This document shows positions 47,954-58,977 of a stretch of 64,000 nucleotides of DNA, one piece after another (the first letter of the stretch is position 1; every line of letters starts with the position of its first letter). The stretch comes from an uncultured Alphaproteobacteria bacterium. Its GTDB lineage: Bacteria; Pseudomonadota; Alphaproteobacteria; Rhizobiales; Xanthobacteraceae. The position numbers were made by a program, and so were the translations under genes. Location: NCBI GenBank assembly GCA_963744975.1, contig CAVUVR010000002.1, positions 2,785,069-2,849,068 on the forward strand, written 5' to 3'. Under the pieces are notes generated by a model. It searched no databases. It saw only the letters and a list, made by a program, of their open reading frames with translations, and was not told where the DNA came from.

Positions 47954-49564
47954 CTATTTCCCCGGCGGCGCCATCCAGATCTTCCACAGCGTCGACGGTC
48001 CGGCGTGGCCATGGAAAAATCGCTGCGTGGTGATCGCCAGCCGCTCGGCGCCGGGCGCGTTCGCCTCCATCCACGCCTCGCAGGTCGGCAGCCGGTAGTC
48101 GGTGGTGTCGCAGATGCCGATGAAGCCGAGGCGTTTTGCCTCCTCGAGCGAGGTCAATCCGGATGACCAGAGCTCGCCGGGCGTAAACGGTGCCGGATGA
48201 TCGGGGCTGTAGAACGTCATCGGCTCGCCGATTTCGGTGGTTCCTGCAACCACCGCCCATCGCGTCTTGAAGCGCACGCGCCAGGCTTCCGTCAGTTCGC
48301 GGGCCAGGCTCGACCGTGAAGCGTAGGTATTGGAAGCGTTGGGATTGCGCGCCAATTCGTATTCGGCGATCCGCGGCGACGCGCCAAGCACCGCCAGCGT
48401 GATCACGAGCCAAATCGCCGTGATGCGAAACAGCGCGATCTTCCGTATGCGCAGCGCGGGAATTGCGACCAGCGCCAGCGGCGTCAGGAAGAACAGCGAG
48501 ATGCCCCAATCGGTCTTCATATAGACCGTAAAAATCAGCGCGCCGAGCGGCGGCCCGACCGCGACCACGGCCTGGATGATCCAGACGTTGAGGGCCTGTG
48601 AAACATTTACGCCCGCATTCGCGCCGGGCGACCACGCGCGCCTGACAAACGTCAGCGGCGTCCGCCACCGCGTCGGCCAACACAGCGCCAGAGCGGCGAG
48701 CGCGACCGGTACCGCAAGCAACCCGAGATTATGTCCGACATAGCCGAGCACGAGTTGAACGTTTTGCGCGCGGCTCTCGAGGCCATAGACATCGCCGGCA
48801 TAGGTCAGCGGCACAAAATCCACTTCCCTCAGCCACAGAAGATGCGGGACCATCGCGACTGCAAGTGTCGCGATCGCCACCCACGGCGCCGGCGAGCGCA
48901 GAAACGACAGCCGGGCAGGATGCAGCAACGCCGCCAGCCCGACGGCGCCGATCATGGTCAGCACCCAGTATTTGGTCATCAGCGCCAGCGCGCCGGCAAG
49001 TCCAAGCCACAGTCCGGCACGCACGCTGCGTTTCTCAAAGGCGTTCAGATACGCCAGCACCAGCAGCGGCAACGTCACCAGCTGCAGCAGATCCGGATTG
49101 TATTTGAAGCCCTTGAAATTGAAGATCGGATACAGCGCCAGCATCACCACCGTGAAGAAGGCGCGACGCCGGTCGACCACGCGCAACGCGACCAGCCAGC
49201 AGATCACCAGGGCGCAGCCGAGCGTCGCCGTCGCCAGCGCATAGGTCGACCAGTCCGCGACCGGAAACAGCTTGAACCAGAGTCCCGCGACCCAGCCCGC
49301 GAGCGGCGGATGCTTGCCATAGCCGAACTGGAATTTCTGGCCCCAGGCGAAGGCTTCCGCGACGTCCATATGGACATCCTGCGCGGCCTTCAGGTTCGCC
49401 AGCACCAGCGTCCACAGCGCCGCATGCGCCGTCGCAAAGCCGATCACCAGCCAGAGGCTCGCCTTGGGATCGCTGGCAGACGCCGCAATCCACGCCGCCA
49501 GCCGCCGCAGCCGCGTCCGGCGGCGCGCGCGCGATGTTGCGGGTAAAAATGAGGACATGGACAT
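47954..49564 (-). CDS. ArnT/GT39-like membrane glycosyltransferase
   Basis: D.AEA.AWG......GYGKHPPL, KYNPD, GLA..LALMTKY motifs; multi-TM; start trimmed out of the REP. Confidence 0.85.
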   Translation of the reverse strand: MSMSSFLPATSRARRRTRLRRLAAWIAASASDPKASLWLVIGFATAHAALWTLVLANLKAAQDVHMDVAEAFAWGQKFQFGYGKHPPLAGWVAGLWFKLFPVADWSTYALATATLGCALVICWLVALRVVDRRRAFFTVVMLALYPIFNFKGFKYNPDLLQLVTLPLLVLAYLNAFEKRSVRAGLWLGLAGALALMTKYWVLTMIGAVGLAALLHPARLSFLRSPAPWVAIATLAVAMVPHLLWLREVDFVPLTYAGDVYGLESRAQNVQLVLGYVGHNLGLLAVPVALAALALCWPTRWRTPLTFVRRAWSPGANAGVNVSQALNVWIIQAVVAVGPPLGALIFTVYMKTDWGISLFFLTPLALVAIPALRIRKIALFRITAIWLVITLAVLGASPRIAEYELARNPNASNTYASRSSLARELTEAWRVRFKTRWAVVAGTTEIGEPMTFYSPDHPAPFTPGELWSSGLTSLEEAKRLGFIGICDTTDYRLPTCEAWMEANAPGAERLAITTQRFFHGHAGPSTLWKIWMAPPGK

Positions 49565-49586
49565 GGAACGTGCGTAGCGCGTTTTC

Positions 49587-49694
49587 GTAGGGTGGGCAAA
49601 GGCGCGTTCTTCACGCGCCGTGCCCACCATCTCGATCCGAATGCGGAGCGTAAATGGTGGGCACGGCGCCAAGGGGCGCCTTTGCCCACCCTAC
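49587..49694. repeat. GTAG-type REP pair, family E
   Basis: Homologous to 30899-31013. Confidence 0.85.
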
Positions 49695-49707
49695 GCACTT
49701 CGCCACG

Positions 49708-50046
49708 CTAAAGCTGCAACTGCACCCTGATCGCGCGGCCGACCACTTCAATTTCGTCGGCGCTGACGCGTCCGATCCGTTGGCGCAGCCGCGCTTTCGC
49801 CACCGTGGCGAGTTGGTCGGCCATTGCCTTGCTCGGCTTGCCGGCGACCGTGACATAGGCCTCCGATGGATACAGCCGACTGAGATTGCTCGTCACCGGG
49901 ACGACCTGCACCCGGTTCAACATGCGATTGGCGATATCGTTGCTGACGACCAGGGCAGGCCGGGTCTTGCGGATTTCTCCGCCAATCGACGGCTCGAACG
50001 CGACCCACCATACCTCGCCGCGCCGCGGAAATTCAGCGGGGCTCAT
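49708..50046 (-). CDS. MazF/PemK-family toxin
   Basis: RRGEVWWV.F.P..G.EI.KTRPALVVS, VVPVTS, MADQL.TV...RL. Confidence 0.92.
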   Translation of the reverse strand: MSPAEFPRRGEVWWVAFEPSIGGEIRKTRPALVVSNDIANRMLNRVQVVPVTSNLSRLYPSEAYVTVAGKPSKAMADQLATVAKARLRQRIGRVSADEIEVVGRAIRVQLQL

Positions 50047-50260
50047 CGGCCACGTCGCCAATCAGTCCCTCGCTCCACGCCAGCGCTTCCGCCTCGCGCA
50101 CTTCCTCAGCCGCCATGTCGGCATAGGCCGATTCCAGGCCCTGCGCCGTGACATGGGGCCGGGCCAGATCGTTGAGAAAGCGGCTGATGCGGCGAGGACC
50201 GATGCGCGTGCGAAGGCCATCATAGACATCGGCATCGATCGATATTGTCAGCTTCTTCAT
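50033..50260 (-). CDS. Antitoxin (RHH/CopG-like, 75 aa)
   Basis: MKKLTISIDADVYDGL...AYADMAAEE..EAEALAW; overlaps the toxin start. Confidence 0.8.
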   Translation of the reverse strand: MKKLTISIDADVYDGLRTRIGPRRISRFLNDLARPHVTAQGLESAYADMAAEEVREAEALAWSEGLIGDVADEPR

Positions 50261-50272
50261 CACTTGCTTCCT

Positions 50273-50293
50273 TATACGTATAGTATACGTATA
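50273..50293. promoter_or_regulatory. Tandem perfect palindromes TATACGTATA x2, probable TA operator
   Basis: 50273-50282 and 50284-50293, 11-bp period, just upstream of the antitoxin. Confidence 0.65.
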
Positions 50294-50383
50294 GGGAAGC
50301 CGATTGCAAGGGATGTTGATGTTGCAGCAGTAGTTTGTGCTTCTCGCTTGGCGAACCCCTCGCGTCGCTGCTAAGCCGCGCCC

Positions 50384-52190
<1,807 letters not shown>

Positions 52191-52280
52191 GGCGTTTTTG
52201 GATACATTTCCGCGAGAGCGCGTAATTTTCAACCATCGGGAAGCATAGAATTTTCATTCGAGAAATGTTACGTTCCGTCT

Positions 52281-52517
52281 ATGGCTACCACCGGTAAAAA
52301 GCCGACATCTCACGCTTACCACCAGCGCATGACCTCGCGCCGTGATCGATCGCCTGGGCAGGAGCCGAGTCCGGGACAGTTCCCCGTACCCGATCTGCGC
52401 GATCCCAAAGTGCTGGCGGAAATCCGCCGCGAAGCAAAGCTGATCGCGCAGCATCCGGAAAACGATGCGATCGATGACTGGATCGAGCAGGTCTACGATT
52501 GGGAATCTTGGAAATAG
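52281..52517 (+). CDS. DUF3018-like antitoxin
   Basis: VPDLRDP...EIRREA..IA.HPE..AIDDWIE; overlaps the downstream toxin start. Confidence 0.7.
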   Translation: MATTGKKPTSHAYHQRMTSRRDRSPGQEPSPGQFPVPDLRDPKVLAEIRREAKLIAQHPENDAIDDWIEQVYDWESWK

Positions 52518-52856
52518 CGCGCGGCGATGTCGTGCTGATGGTCGTTCCGAGCGATCTCGGCAGGCCTCGTCCCGGCATTGTTGTTCAAAGCGATGAATTT
52601 GCTGCTGACCTTTTTACCATTTTTGCATGCCCGGTTTCCTCTGACCTACAAGATAAGCGGCAGCTCCGGCCGCTGATCGAAGCTGCTCCAGAGAACGGAC
52701 TCCGTGTTCGTTCGCAAATCATGACCGATAGACTGGTCGCGTTGCGCCGCGACCGTATCCGTCGGGTGATTGGCCGCATCGATACCGAAGACGTCAGAGC
52801 AATTGGATCGGGCGCTTCTTCTGGTGCTCGGTCTCTCCAAATGGGTAGTTCGCTAG
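52508..52856 (+). CDS. MazF/PemK-family toxin with a +1 frameshift at ~52790
   Basis: RGDVV, G.PRP..VVQSD, S.IM.D.L. The shifted frame gives the typical end SEQLDRALLLVLGL. Confidence 0.82.
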
Positions 52857-52943
52857 TGACAGGCCGCAGGACGATTACCGGACCATGACCCCGACCGCCG
52901 TCCTCATGCTGACAGTCATCACACGCTATTTTGAGGACATGCG

Positions 52944-53186
52944 ATGAAGCTGACGTTCGATCGCGCGCACAACATCGCTTATCTGCGTTTTCGTCCCCGC
53001 GGCGCGCAGGTCGAGACCGTTCGCGTCAGTGACGAGCTGAATGTGGATTTGGCGCCGGACGGTTCTGTTTATGGCATCGAGTTGCTGAATGCAAATGAGC
53101 AATTACGCGCTGCGGACAATGGGAAACTCATGTTGGTCGATGGGGCCGATGGCCGCGAAGTGGAGCTTTCGCTGGAAGCTCAATGA
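52944..53186 (+). CDS. DUF2283-domain protein
   Basis: FD....AYLRF, VD...DG...GIELLNA. Confidence 0.85.
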   Translation: MKLTFDRAHNIAYLRFRPRGAQVETVRVSDELNVDLAPDGSVYGIELLNANEQLRAADNGKLMLVDGADGREVELSLEAQ

Positions 53187-53206
53187 GGTCGATCGGCGTA
53201 AAGCCC

Positions 53207-53401
53207 ATGAAGCCAACAATCAAATATCAGGCCGATGACAACGCCGCCTATATTCGACTATCAAGGGGCGATATTCTGGAGAGTTCCGAGGTCGCACCGA
53301 ACGTCGTATTCGATTATGACGTCGATGGTCGCATCGTCGGAATAGAATTGCTTAACGCCCGCGCGCAGCTGTCCTCCGAGCTTCTGACGGACGCCGTATA
53401 G
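53207..53401 (+). CDS. DUF2283-domain protein, second copy
   Basis: Y.....AAYIRL, S.EV...VV.DYD.DG.IVGIELLNA. Confidence 0.85.
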   Translation: MKPTIKYQADDNAAYIRLSRGDILESSEVAPNVVFDYDVDGRIVGIELLNARAQLSSELLTDAV

Positions 53402-53407
53402 ATATTT

Positions 53408-53560
53408 GCTCGCGAACCGTCGCGCGCTGCGCAAGGACATCACCGCAAGAAAGCGCAAGCTTCTGGAGAAGCAGACGGAAGGCAAGAAGAAGAAGCGGCA
53501 GTTCGCAAGGTGGATATCCCGCAGGAGGCGCTCATTGCGGCGCTGAAGGTGGATAGTTAG
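53408..53560 (+). pseudogene. Degenerate direct-repeat copy of the lepA 3' end
   Basis: Aligns to 52011-52190 with a 27-bp deletion and several small indels; ends GCGCTGAAGGTGGATAGTTAG. Confidence 0.92.
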
Positions 53561-53591
53561 ACTAACCGACGCAGCACTTCGGAGGAGTTGA

Positions 53592-54074
53592 ATGTTTCGC
53601 ATGATATGTTTTTGCAGCATCTGGCTTTTCATGCTCGCTGCCTCTGCTGCGGCCCAGGAGACTTTCGATGAGAAGTACGGGAAAATGATTACCGACGGCG
53701 CTGCAACCGAGGCGATCAAGCTCGCTCTGGCAAAGATCGAAACGGCCACCTGCGACTCTGGTAAGCCCTGTATGCGGGCAACCGCCGAAGAGTTTGCGCA
53801 ACCCCCCATCACTATAGAGGATGGCCGTGCAGCAATGATTTTCGCGATAAAATCAGCTCTTGCCGGATGGTGCGGCATCGATTGGAAGCGCAGCTTTCTG
53901 CCTATGATCGCGTTTGGTAAACACCAGAAGAAAATGAGCACGCGGCAGTTACAATTGATGTCGTTAATCCACGGTGACTTCCAGGCCCGACAGCTGGCGA
54001 TCTATACGAAGTCAGGCCCTTGCCCACCGACCTTGCAACGTCAGCTGGACAGTCAATTGCCTAAGCTCAATTGA
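53592..54074 (+). CDS. Hypothetical exported protein, lower GC
   Basis: GGAGGAG RBS, signal peptide, four Cys in the mature part. Confidence 0.7.
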   Translation: MFRMICFCSIWLFMLAASAAAQETFDEKYGKMITDGAATEAIKLALAKIETATCDSGKPCMRATAEEFAQPPITIEDGRAAMIFAIKSALAGWCGIDWKRSFLPMIAFGKHQKKMSTRQLQLMSLIHGDFQARQLAIYTKSGPCPPTLQRQLDSQLPKLN

Positions 54075-54202
54075 CAGAATTCTCAGGGCTGGCGGATTGC
54101 AGAACAACCTTCCTCGCAGCCGAGGGACCGCGCGTCTTGATCGAAGCCGTCAGATGCCTTACGCCTGCGTGACGCCAACCGAAGACATCAAGACGAGGCC
54201 CC

Positions 54203-55393
54203 ATGAACAAGCCGCCCGGTTTCGACCTCGTCGAGCGCGCGCGGGCGCTTGCGCCCCTGATCGCCCGGGAAGCCGACGAAATCGAGCGGACGCGGCGGCT
54301 GACGGCGCCGGTGGTGGCGGCGCTGGTCGAGAACGGGCTTTACCGGGCGCTGCTGCCGAAAAGCACCGGCGGCGCGGAAGTGGCGCCCGAGATCTTCATG
54401 CAGATGCTGGAGGAAATCGCCAAGGCCGATGCCTCCACGGCGTGGTGCCTTGGGCAGTGCGGCGTCTGCGCCATGACCGCGGCCTATCTCGATCCCGACG
54501 TTGCAGACGAGATTTTCAACACGCCGCCCGGCATCCTCGCCTGGGGCGCGATCGCCCATGAAATCCACGCCGTGCCCGGCGGCTATCGCGTCACCGCGCG
54601 CTGGGATTTCGCCAGCGGCTCGCGCCAGGCGAACTGGCTCGGCGCGCATGTGCAGGTCGTCGAGGCCGACGGCACCAGGCGGCGCAGGCCGGACGGCGCG
54701 CCGGAAATCCGTACCATCGTGTTTCCGGCGGCGAGCGCCACCATGTACGACGTCTGGGACGTGATCGGCCTCAGCGGCACCGGCACCGACTCCTACTCGG
54801 TCGAGAATCTGTTCATCCCCGAGAAATTCGCAGCCTTGCGCGATGAGCCCGCGGCGTTGCGCGAAAAAGGGCCGCTGTACCAGATCCTCACCTACACCAT
54901 GTTCGGCCTCGGCTTCGCGGCGGTGTCGCTCGGCGTGGCGCGCGCCACGCTCGATGCCGCCACCGACCTCGCGCGTGGCAAGGCGTCGGCCGGCATCAAG
55001 GCCATGCGCGAGAACAACGCCGTGCAGACCCTGATCGGCCGCACCGAGGGCAACCTGCGCGCCGCGCGCGCCTATCTCTATGCGACGGCCGCCGAGGCGT
55101 GGCGCGACCTGACCCACTCCGGCGAACTGAGCAACGAGCATCGCATCGCTCTTCGGCTGGCTTCGACCTGGACCATTCACCAGGCGGCCTCGGTGGTCGA
55201 TACCGCCTATCACATGGCGGGCGCCACCGCGGTATTTTCCGCCAACCCGTTCGAGCGCCGTTTTCGCGACATGCACGCCATCGCCCAGCAGATCCAGGCC
55301 CGCGACACCCACTACGAGGATGTCGGCAAGGCGATCCTGAGCGGCGGCGCCGAGGTCCTGCGCACGACGTCGCAGCGGATTTCCGGCGGTTAA
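54203..55393 (+). CDS. Acyl-CoA dehydrogenase-fold flavin-dependent monooxygenase (HsaA-like)
   Basis: A.ADASTAW, W.FASG...A.W, WDV.GL.GTGT, F..NP.ER.FRD.H. Confidence 0.88.
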   Translation: MNKPPGFDLVERARALAPLIAREADEIERTRRLTAPVVAALVENGLYRALLPKSTGGAEVAPEIFMQMLEEIAKADASTAWCLGQCGVCAMTAAYLDPDVADEIFNTPPGILAWGAIAHEIHAVPGGYRVTARWDFASGSRQANWLGAHVQVVEADGTRRRRPDGAPEIRTIVFPAASATMYDVWDVIGLSGTGTDSYSVENLFIPEKFAALRDEPAALREKGPLYQILTYTMFGLGFAAVSLGVARATLDAATDLARGKASAGIKAMRENNAVQTLIGRTEGNLRAARAYLYATAAEAWRDLTHSGELSNEHRIALRLASTWTIHQAASVVDTAYHMAGATAVFSANPFERRFRDMHAIAQQIQARDTHYEDVGKAILSGGAEVLRTTSQRISGG

Positions 55394-56511
55394 GCCGCCG
55401 TCTGCGCGGCCACCTTCGTGGTTTCCGCCACCAGCCGCTGCAGCGCCGCCTTCGAGGCGCGCTGGGTCTCGGCCAGCTTCTTCGCGGCAGCGAGCGGCAT
55501 CATCAACCGAATAAAGGCTTGCGCCAGCGGGTTTGCGCTTTCCACCTTGGCGCTGCGCAGCGACAGATGCGTGCCGCCATCGGCCAACGGCGTGAACTCC
55601 GCGGTCTGCCGGGCCACTGTGCCCATCGGCGTGCCGATGTGCCAGGTCACGTAGTCGAACGGCCGCCAGTCGACGATCTCGTGCACGGTTGAGCCCTTGC
55701 CATGCGCGCAGTGCTGAACCGCGCCGGCAACGACGCGTCCGCCGGCCAGCCCGGTCATGGTCATGCCGTCCAGCCCCTGCTGCCAGCGGATCTTCTTGTC
55801 GACGTCGGTCACATAAGCCCAGGCGACGGCCGGCGGCACCGGCAGGTCCACTTCCATCGATTCGAACGCCAGCGGCTCGTCGCGCTCGACGAAGATGCGG
55901 CGCGAGGCGCGCCATTTGGCAAACACCGGCGCGAGGTCATAGATGTAGCAAATCGTATCGCCGAACTCCTCCATGTGTTCGACGTGACGGATCGCACCTG
56001 CGAAAAAATCCGGCAGCCCGATAGCGTCGGCGGCCTGTTGGGTAACCAGTGCATAGGCCTTGATGCCGGTCGACTTCGTCACCGAGTTCTTCATCAGCCG
56101 GTGCAGCCGGATCACTTCCGGGCCCTGCAGCTCGCTCCGTCCCGCCAGCGTCTGCACGGCGTATTCGCCATGGTGCAGGAAGAATTTCAGGTCGAGGCTG
56201 CCCATGTTGCGGCACGCGTTGCAGGTGCAGGTCGTATTCAGCCGCATCGCGGCAAGCGTATTGGCAAAACTGCAATAGATGCGCTCGATGGCGTCGAGCG
56301 GAAACTGCCGCTGCGGCACGTTCGCGTCGGGCAGATGGGCCAGCGCCGCGTCGCCCTGCAGATTGGATAGCGTAATCGGCGCCCTGATCTCGGCGAAAAT
56401 GCTCTTGAACAGCGCGTCGAGCACGCCCTGCGCGTGCTCGAGCTCCGAAGAGGTCAAGAACATCGTATAGCCGGTGATGTCGGCGACGAGGAGAAAGCCT
56501 TTTTGCGGCAC
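55390..56511 (-). CDS. DUF2652 (cyclase-like) domain fused to an SRPBCC/START domain
   Basis: LVADITGYT.F, QGDA, LDLKFFLHHG, G..VI..HRLMKN, then a C-terminal polyketide-cyclase-like region. Confidence 0.78.
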   Translation of the reverse strand: MPQKGFLLVADITGYTMFLTSSELEHAQGVLDALFKSIFAEIRAPITLSNLQGDAALAHLPDANVPQRQFPLDAIERIYCSFANTLAAMRLNTTCTCNACRNMGSLDLKFFLHHGEYAVQTLAGRSELQGPEVIRLHRLMKNSVTKSTGIKAYALVTQQAADAIGLPDFFAGAIRHVEHMEEFGDTICYIYDLAPVFAKWRASRRIFVERDEPLAFESMEVDLPVPPAVAWAYVTDVDKKIRWQQGLDGMTMTGLAGGRVVAGAVQHCAHGKGSTVHEIVDWRPFDYVTWHIGTPMGTVARQTAEFTPLADGGTHLSLRSAKVESANPLAQAFIRLMMPLAAAKKLAETQRASKAALQRLVAETTKVAAQTAA

Positions 56512-56534
56512 AGTTTCCGCCTTTCAATGTCACG

Positions 56535-56593
56535 GCCCCGGCTCTGCAGCGCACCGCTTCGCGAAGAGCTACGCGCTGCGCTGCGTCCGGGGC
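56535..56593. repeat. Half copy of REP family A
   Basis: Right arm only. Confidence 0.75.
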
Positions 56594-56634
56594 AGGCCTG
56601 AAATACGGACAGTCTAGCAGAAAGTTGCGGCCGT

Positions 56635-56660
56635 GGAACCCGCGCGTGCCGCTGCGCGTT
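56635..56660 (+). promoter_or_regulatory. General-stress sigma (EcfG) promoter GGAAC-N17-CGTT
   Basis: Exact consensus 36 bp upstream of the 56696 start. Confidence 0.7.
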
Positions 56661-56695
56661 TCGATTCCAACGTCGGCACACATAGGGAGAGCACC

Positions 56696-57046
56696 ATGCC
56701 GCGCGGCGATAAATCGAGCTACACCGACAAGCAGAAACGCATGGCCGAGCATATCGAGGAAGGCTACGAGAAACGTGGGACGTCCAAGGACGAAGCCGAG
56801 CGTCGGGCCTGGGCGACCGTCAACAAGGAAACCGGCGGCGGCAACAAGAGCGGCTCCGGGCGCGGCGTCCCCGACACCAACGTCTCGGCGAAAAAGGGCG
56901 GCCGGATCGGCGGCCCGCGCGGCGGCAAGGCCTCCGCAAGCCGCCCGGCTGCGGCGCGCTCGCGCTCCGCGAAAAAGGCGGCGGCAACGCGCAAGCGCAA
57001 TGTGACGAAGCGCTCGGCAGCCCGCAAGACCGCGCGGAAGCGGTAG
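56696..57046 (+). CDS. Small basic protein (family often labelled plasmid stabilization protein) with K/R/A-rich tail
   Basis: MPRGDKSSYTDKQKR.AEHIEEGYE.RG...EAERRAWATVNK; GGGAG RBS. Confidence 0.8.
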   Translation: MPRGDKSSYTDKQKRMAEHIEEGYEKRGTSKDEAERRAWATVNKETGGGNKSGSGRGVPDTNVSAKKGGRIGGPRGGKASASRPAAARSRSAKKAAATRKRNVTKRSAARKTARKR

Positions 57047-57049
57047 ACC

Positions 57050-57164
57050 GTAGGGTGGGCAAAGCCGCCGGGCGCGAACGCGTCCGGCAGCGTGCCTACC
57101 ATTCAGCGCCAGATCCGGATGAAGATGGTGGGCACGGCGCGAAGGGCGCCTTTGCCCACCCTAC
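57050..57164. repeat. GTAG-type REP pair, family E
   Basis: Between convergent genes. Confidence 0.85.
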
Positions 57165-57171
57165 GGCTGTC

Positions 57172-57606
57172 CTAGTTGATCACGATCCGCGTGTTGCCGC
57201 GGCCGTCGCGTTCGATCAGCGAATACAGCGCCGCGGCATGCTGTGGATGCAGCCGCACGCAGCCATGCGAGGCGGGGCCGCCGAGCCGCGACAGCTCAGT
57301 GGTGCCGTGAATGGCAAAGCCGTGATAGAAGAAGATCGAATGCGGCATCGGCGAATTGTAATATCTGCGCGAGAACCAGCGCCGCGCCATCATTTGCGGC
57401 CTGAATACGCCGCTCGGCGTGCCGTAGCCGCTGCGGCCGGTCGAAACCGGCCAGCTGTAGCGCGGGTAGCCGTCGATGCTCACGTCCATGCGCTGGGAAT
57501 ATCTGTCAATATGGACCACGACACCGGCGCACGCCGGCGCCGATGTCGACATCACAGCGCCGGCAAATATCAGCCCTGCGAGCCATCGGCTCGACGGCCG
57601 TTTCAT
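57172..57606 (-). CDS. L,D-transpeptidase (YkuD domain)
   Basis: WPVSTG, AIHGT, ASHGCVRL catalytic motif; signal peptide. Confidence 0.92.
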   Translation of the reverse strand: MKRPSSRWLAGLIFAGAVMSTSAPACAGVVVHIDRYSQRMDVSIDGYPRYSWPVSTGRSGYGTPSGVFRPQMMARRWFSRRYYNSPMPHSIFFYHGFAIHGTTELSRLGGPASHGCVRLHPQHAAALYSLIERDGRGNTRIVIN

Positions 57607-57773
57607 GATCGCGCCCCTGCGTTTCAATTCTTGTTGAGGGCATGATGCGGTTTGGAGATGCAGGCTGTAAAGACCGCGAGCACGCACGCACCCCCGCAGT
57701 TTGCGGTTAAGCTTAACCCGCCGCTGTTCTCACCTGCTGATTTCGCGCACTACTTGCGTTATAATGAGTACCG

Positions 57774-58712
57774 ATGACCCCTCGCCTGATTCTCACCCTG
57801 CTGCTCATCTGTTTTGTCACCGCCTCCGCCGCGCTGGCGCAGGACAAGGGCATCGATCCCCGATTGTTGCCGCCGCTGCCCAATCCCAATGATCCCCATC
57901 TCGGCGCCAAGGAATTGTTCGCGCGCAAGATATTGCCGGCGGCGATGCCGACGCGCGTGATCGGCTTCTATGCCAAGGGCTGCATCGCCGGCGCCGAGGC
58001 GCTGCCGATCAACGGCGACACCTGGCAGGTGATGCGGCTGTCGCGCAACCGCAATTTTGCGCATCCCGATCTGGTCGCGCTGCTGAAACGGCTGTCGGTC
58101 AAGGCGCACAAGGATGCCGGCTGGCCCGGAATTCTGGTCGGCGACATGTCGCAGCCGCGCGGCGGCCCGATGATCACAGGCCATGCCAGCCACCAGGTCG
58201 GGCTCGATGCCGACATCTGGCTGACCCCGATGCCGAACCGGCGACTGTCGCGCGAAGAGCGCGAGGAGATGTCGGCGGTGATGATGGTGCGCGACGACCG
58301 CCTCGACATCGATCCGAAGGTCTGGACGCCGACCCATCTTTCCGTGATCCGCGATGCGGCGCGGGAGCCCGCCGTAGAACGCATCTTCGTCAACGCCGCG
58401 ATCAAGAAGGCATTGTGCCGTGAAGCCAAGGGCGACCGCAGCTGGCTTTTCAAGGTGCGGCCGATGTACGGCCACGACTATCATTTCCACATCCGCATCA
58501 AATGCCCGCCCAGCGGCGGCGAATGCGAATCGCAGCCGCCGCCCAAGGAGAGCGAGGGCTGTAGCGCCGGCGACCTTGCCTACTGGTTCAAGGATTCGGT
58601 GCTGCATCCAAAACCGCCGAAAATCCCGCCGAAACCGAAACCGCCGATGACGCTGGCGCAATTGCCCGCGGCATGCCGGCAGGTTTTGGCGGCGCCGGAC
58701 GCGAAGCCGTAG
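57774..58712 (+). CDS. mepA: Penicillin-insensitive murein endopeptidase
   Basis: IG.Y..GC, R.R.F.HP, GD.SQPRGG, GHASHQ.GLDADIW, H..HFHIR. Confidence 0.93.
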   Translation: MTPRLILTLLLICFVTASAALAQDKGIDPRLLPPLPNPNDPHLGAKELFARKILPAAMPTRVIGFYAKGCIAGAEALPINGDTWQVMRLSRNRNFAHPDLVALLKRLSVKAHKDAGWPGILVGDMSQPRGGPMITGHASHQVGLDADIWLTPMPNRRLSREEREEMSAVMMVRDDRLDIDPKVWTPTHLSVIRDAAREPAVERIFVNAAIKKALCREAKGDRSWLFKVRPMYGHDYHFHIRIKCPPSGGECESQPPPKESEGCSAGDLAYWFKDSVLHPKPPKIPPKPKPPMTLAQLPAACRQVLAAPDAKP

Positions 58713-58977
58713 GGTGGGCAAAGGCGCGTCTTCGCGCCGTGCCCACCATCCGTACACACCGCCGTCATCCCCGCGTAACGGCTTTGCCGTTATCGCGAGA
58801 GGTGCTCGCCATTCTTCACGGCGAGCCTCGAGGATGGCCCACGAGCGTCTGCGGCCATCCTTCGAGACGCGCGCAAGAGCGCGCTCCCTGGGGATGACGG
58901 CGGTGTGTGTGTGCGGCGATTTAAGGTGGTGGGCACGCCACCGGGCGCATGCGCGCCCGTCGCTTTGCCCACCCTGC
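58709..58977. repeat. Nested REPs: family E pair enclosing a family D doublet (58763-58899)
   Basis: E arms outside, D arms inside; the leading GTAG contains the mepA stop. Confidence 0.82.
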
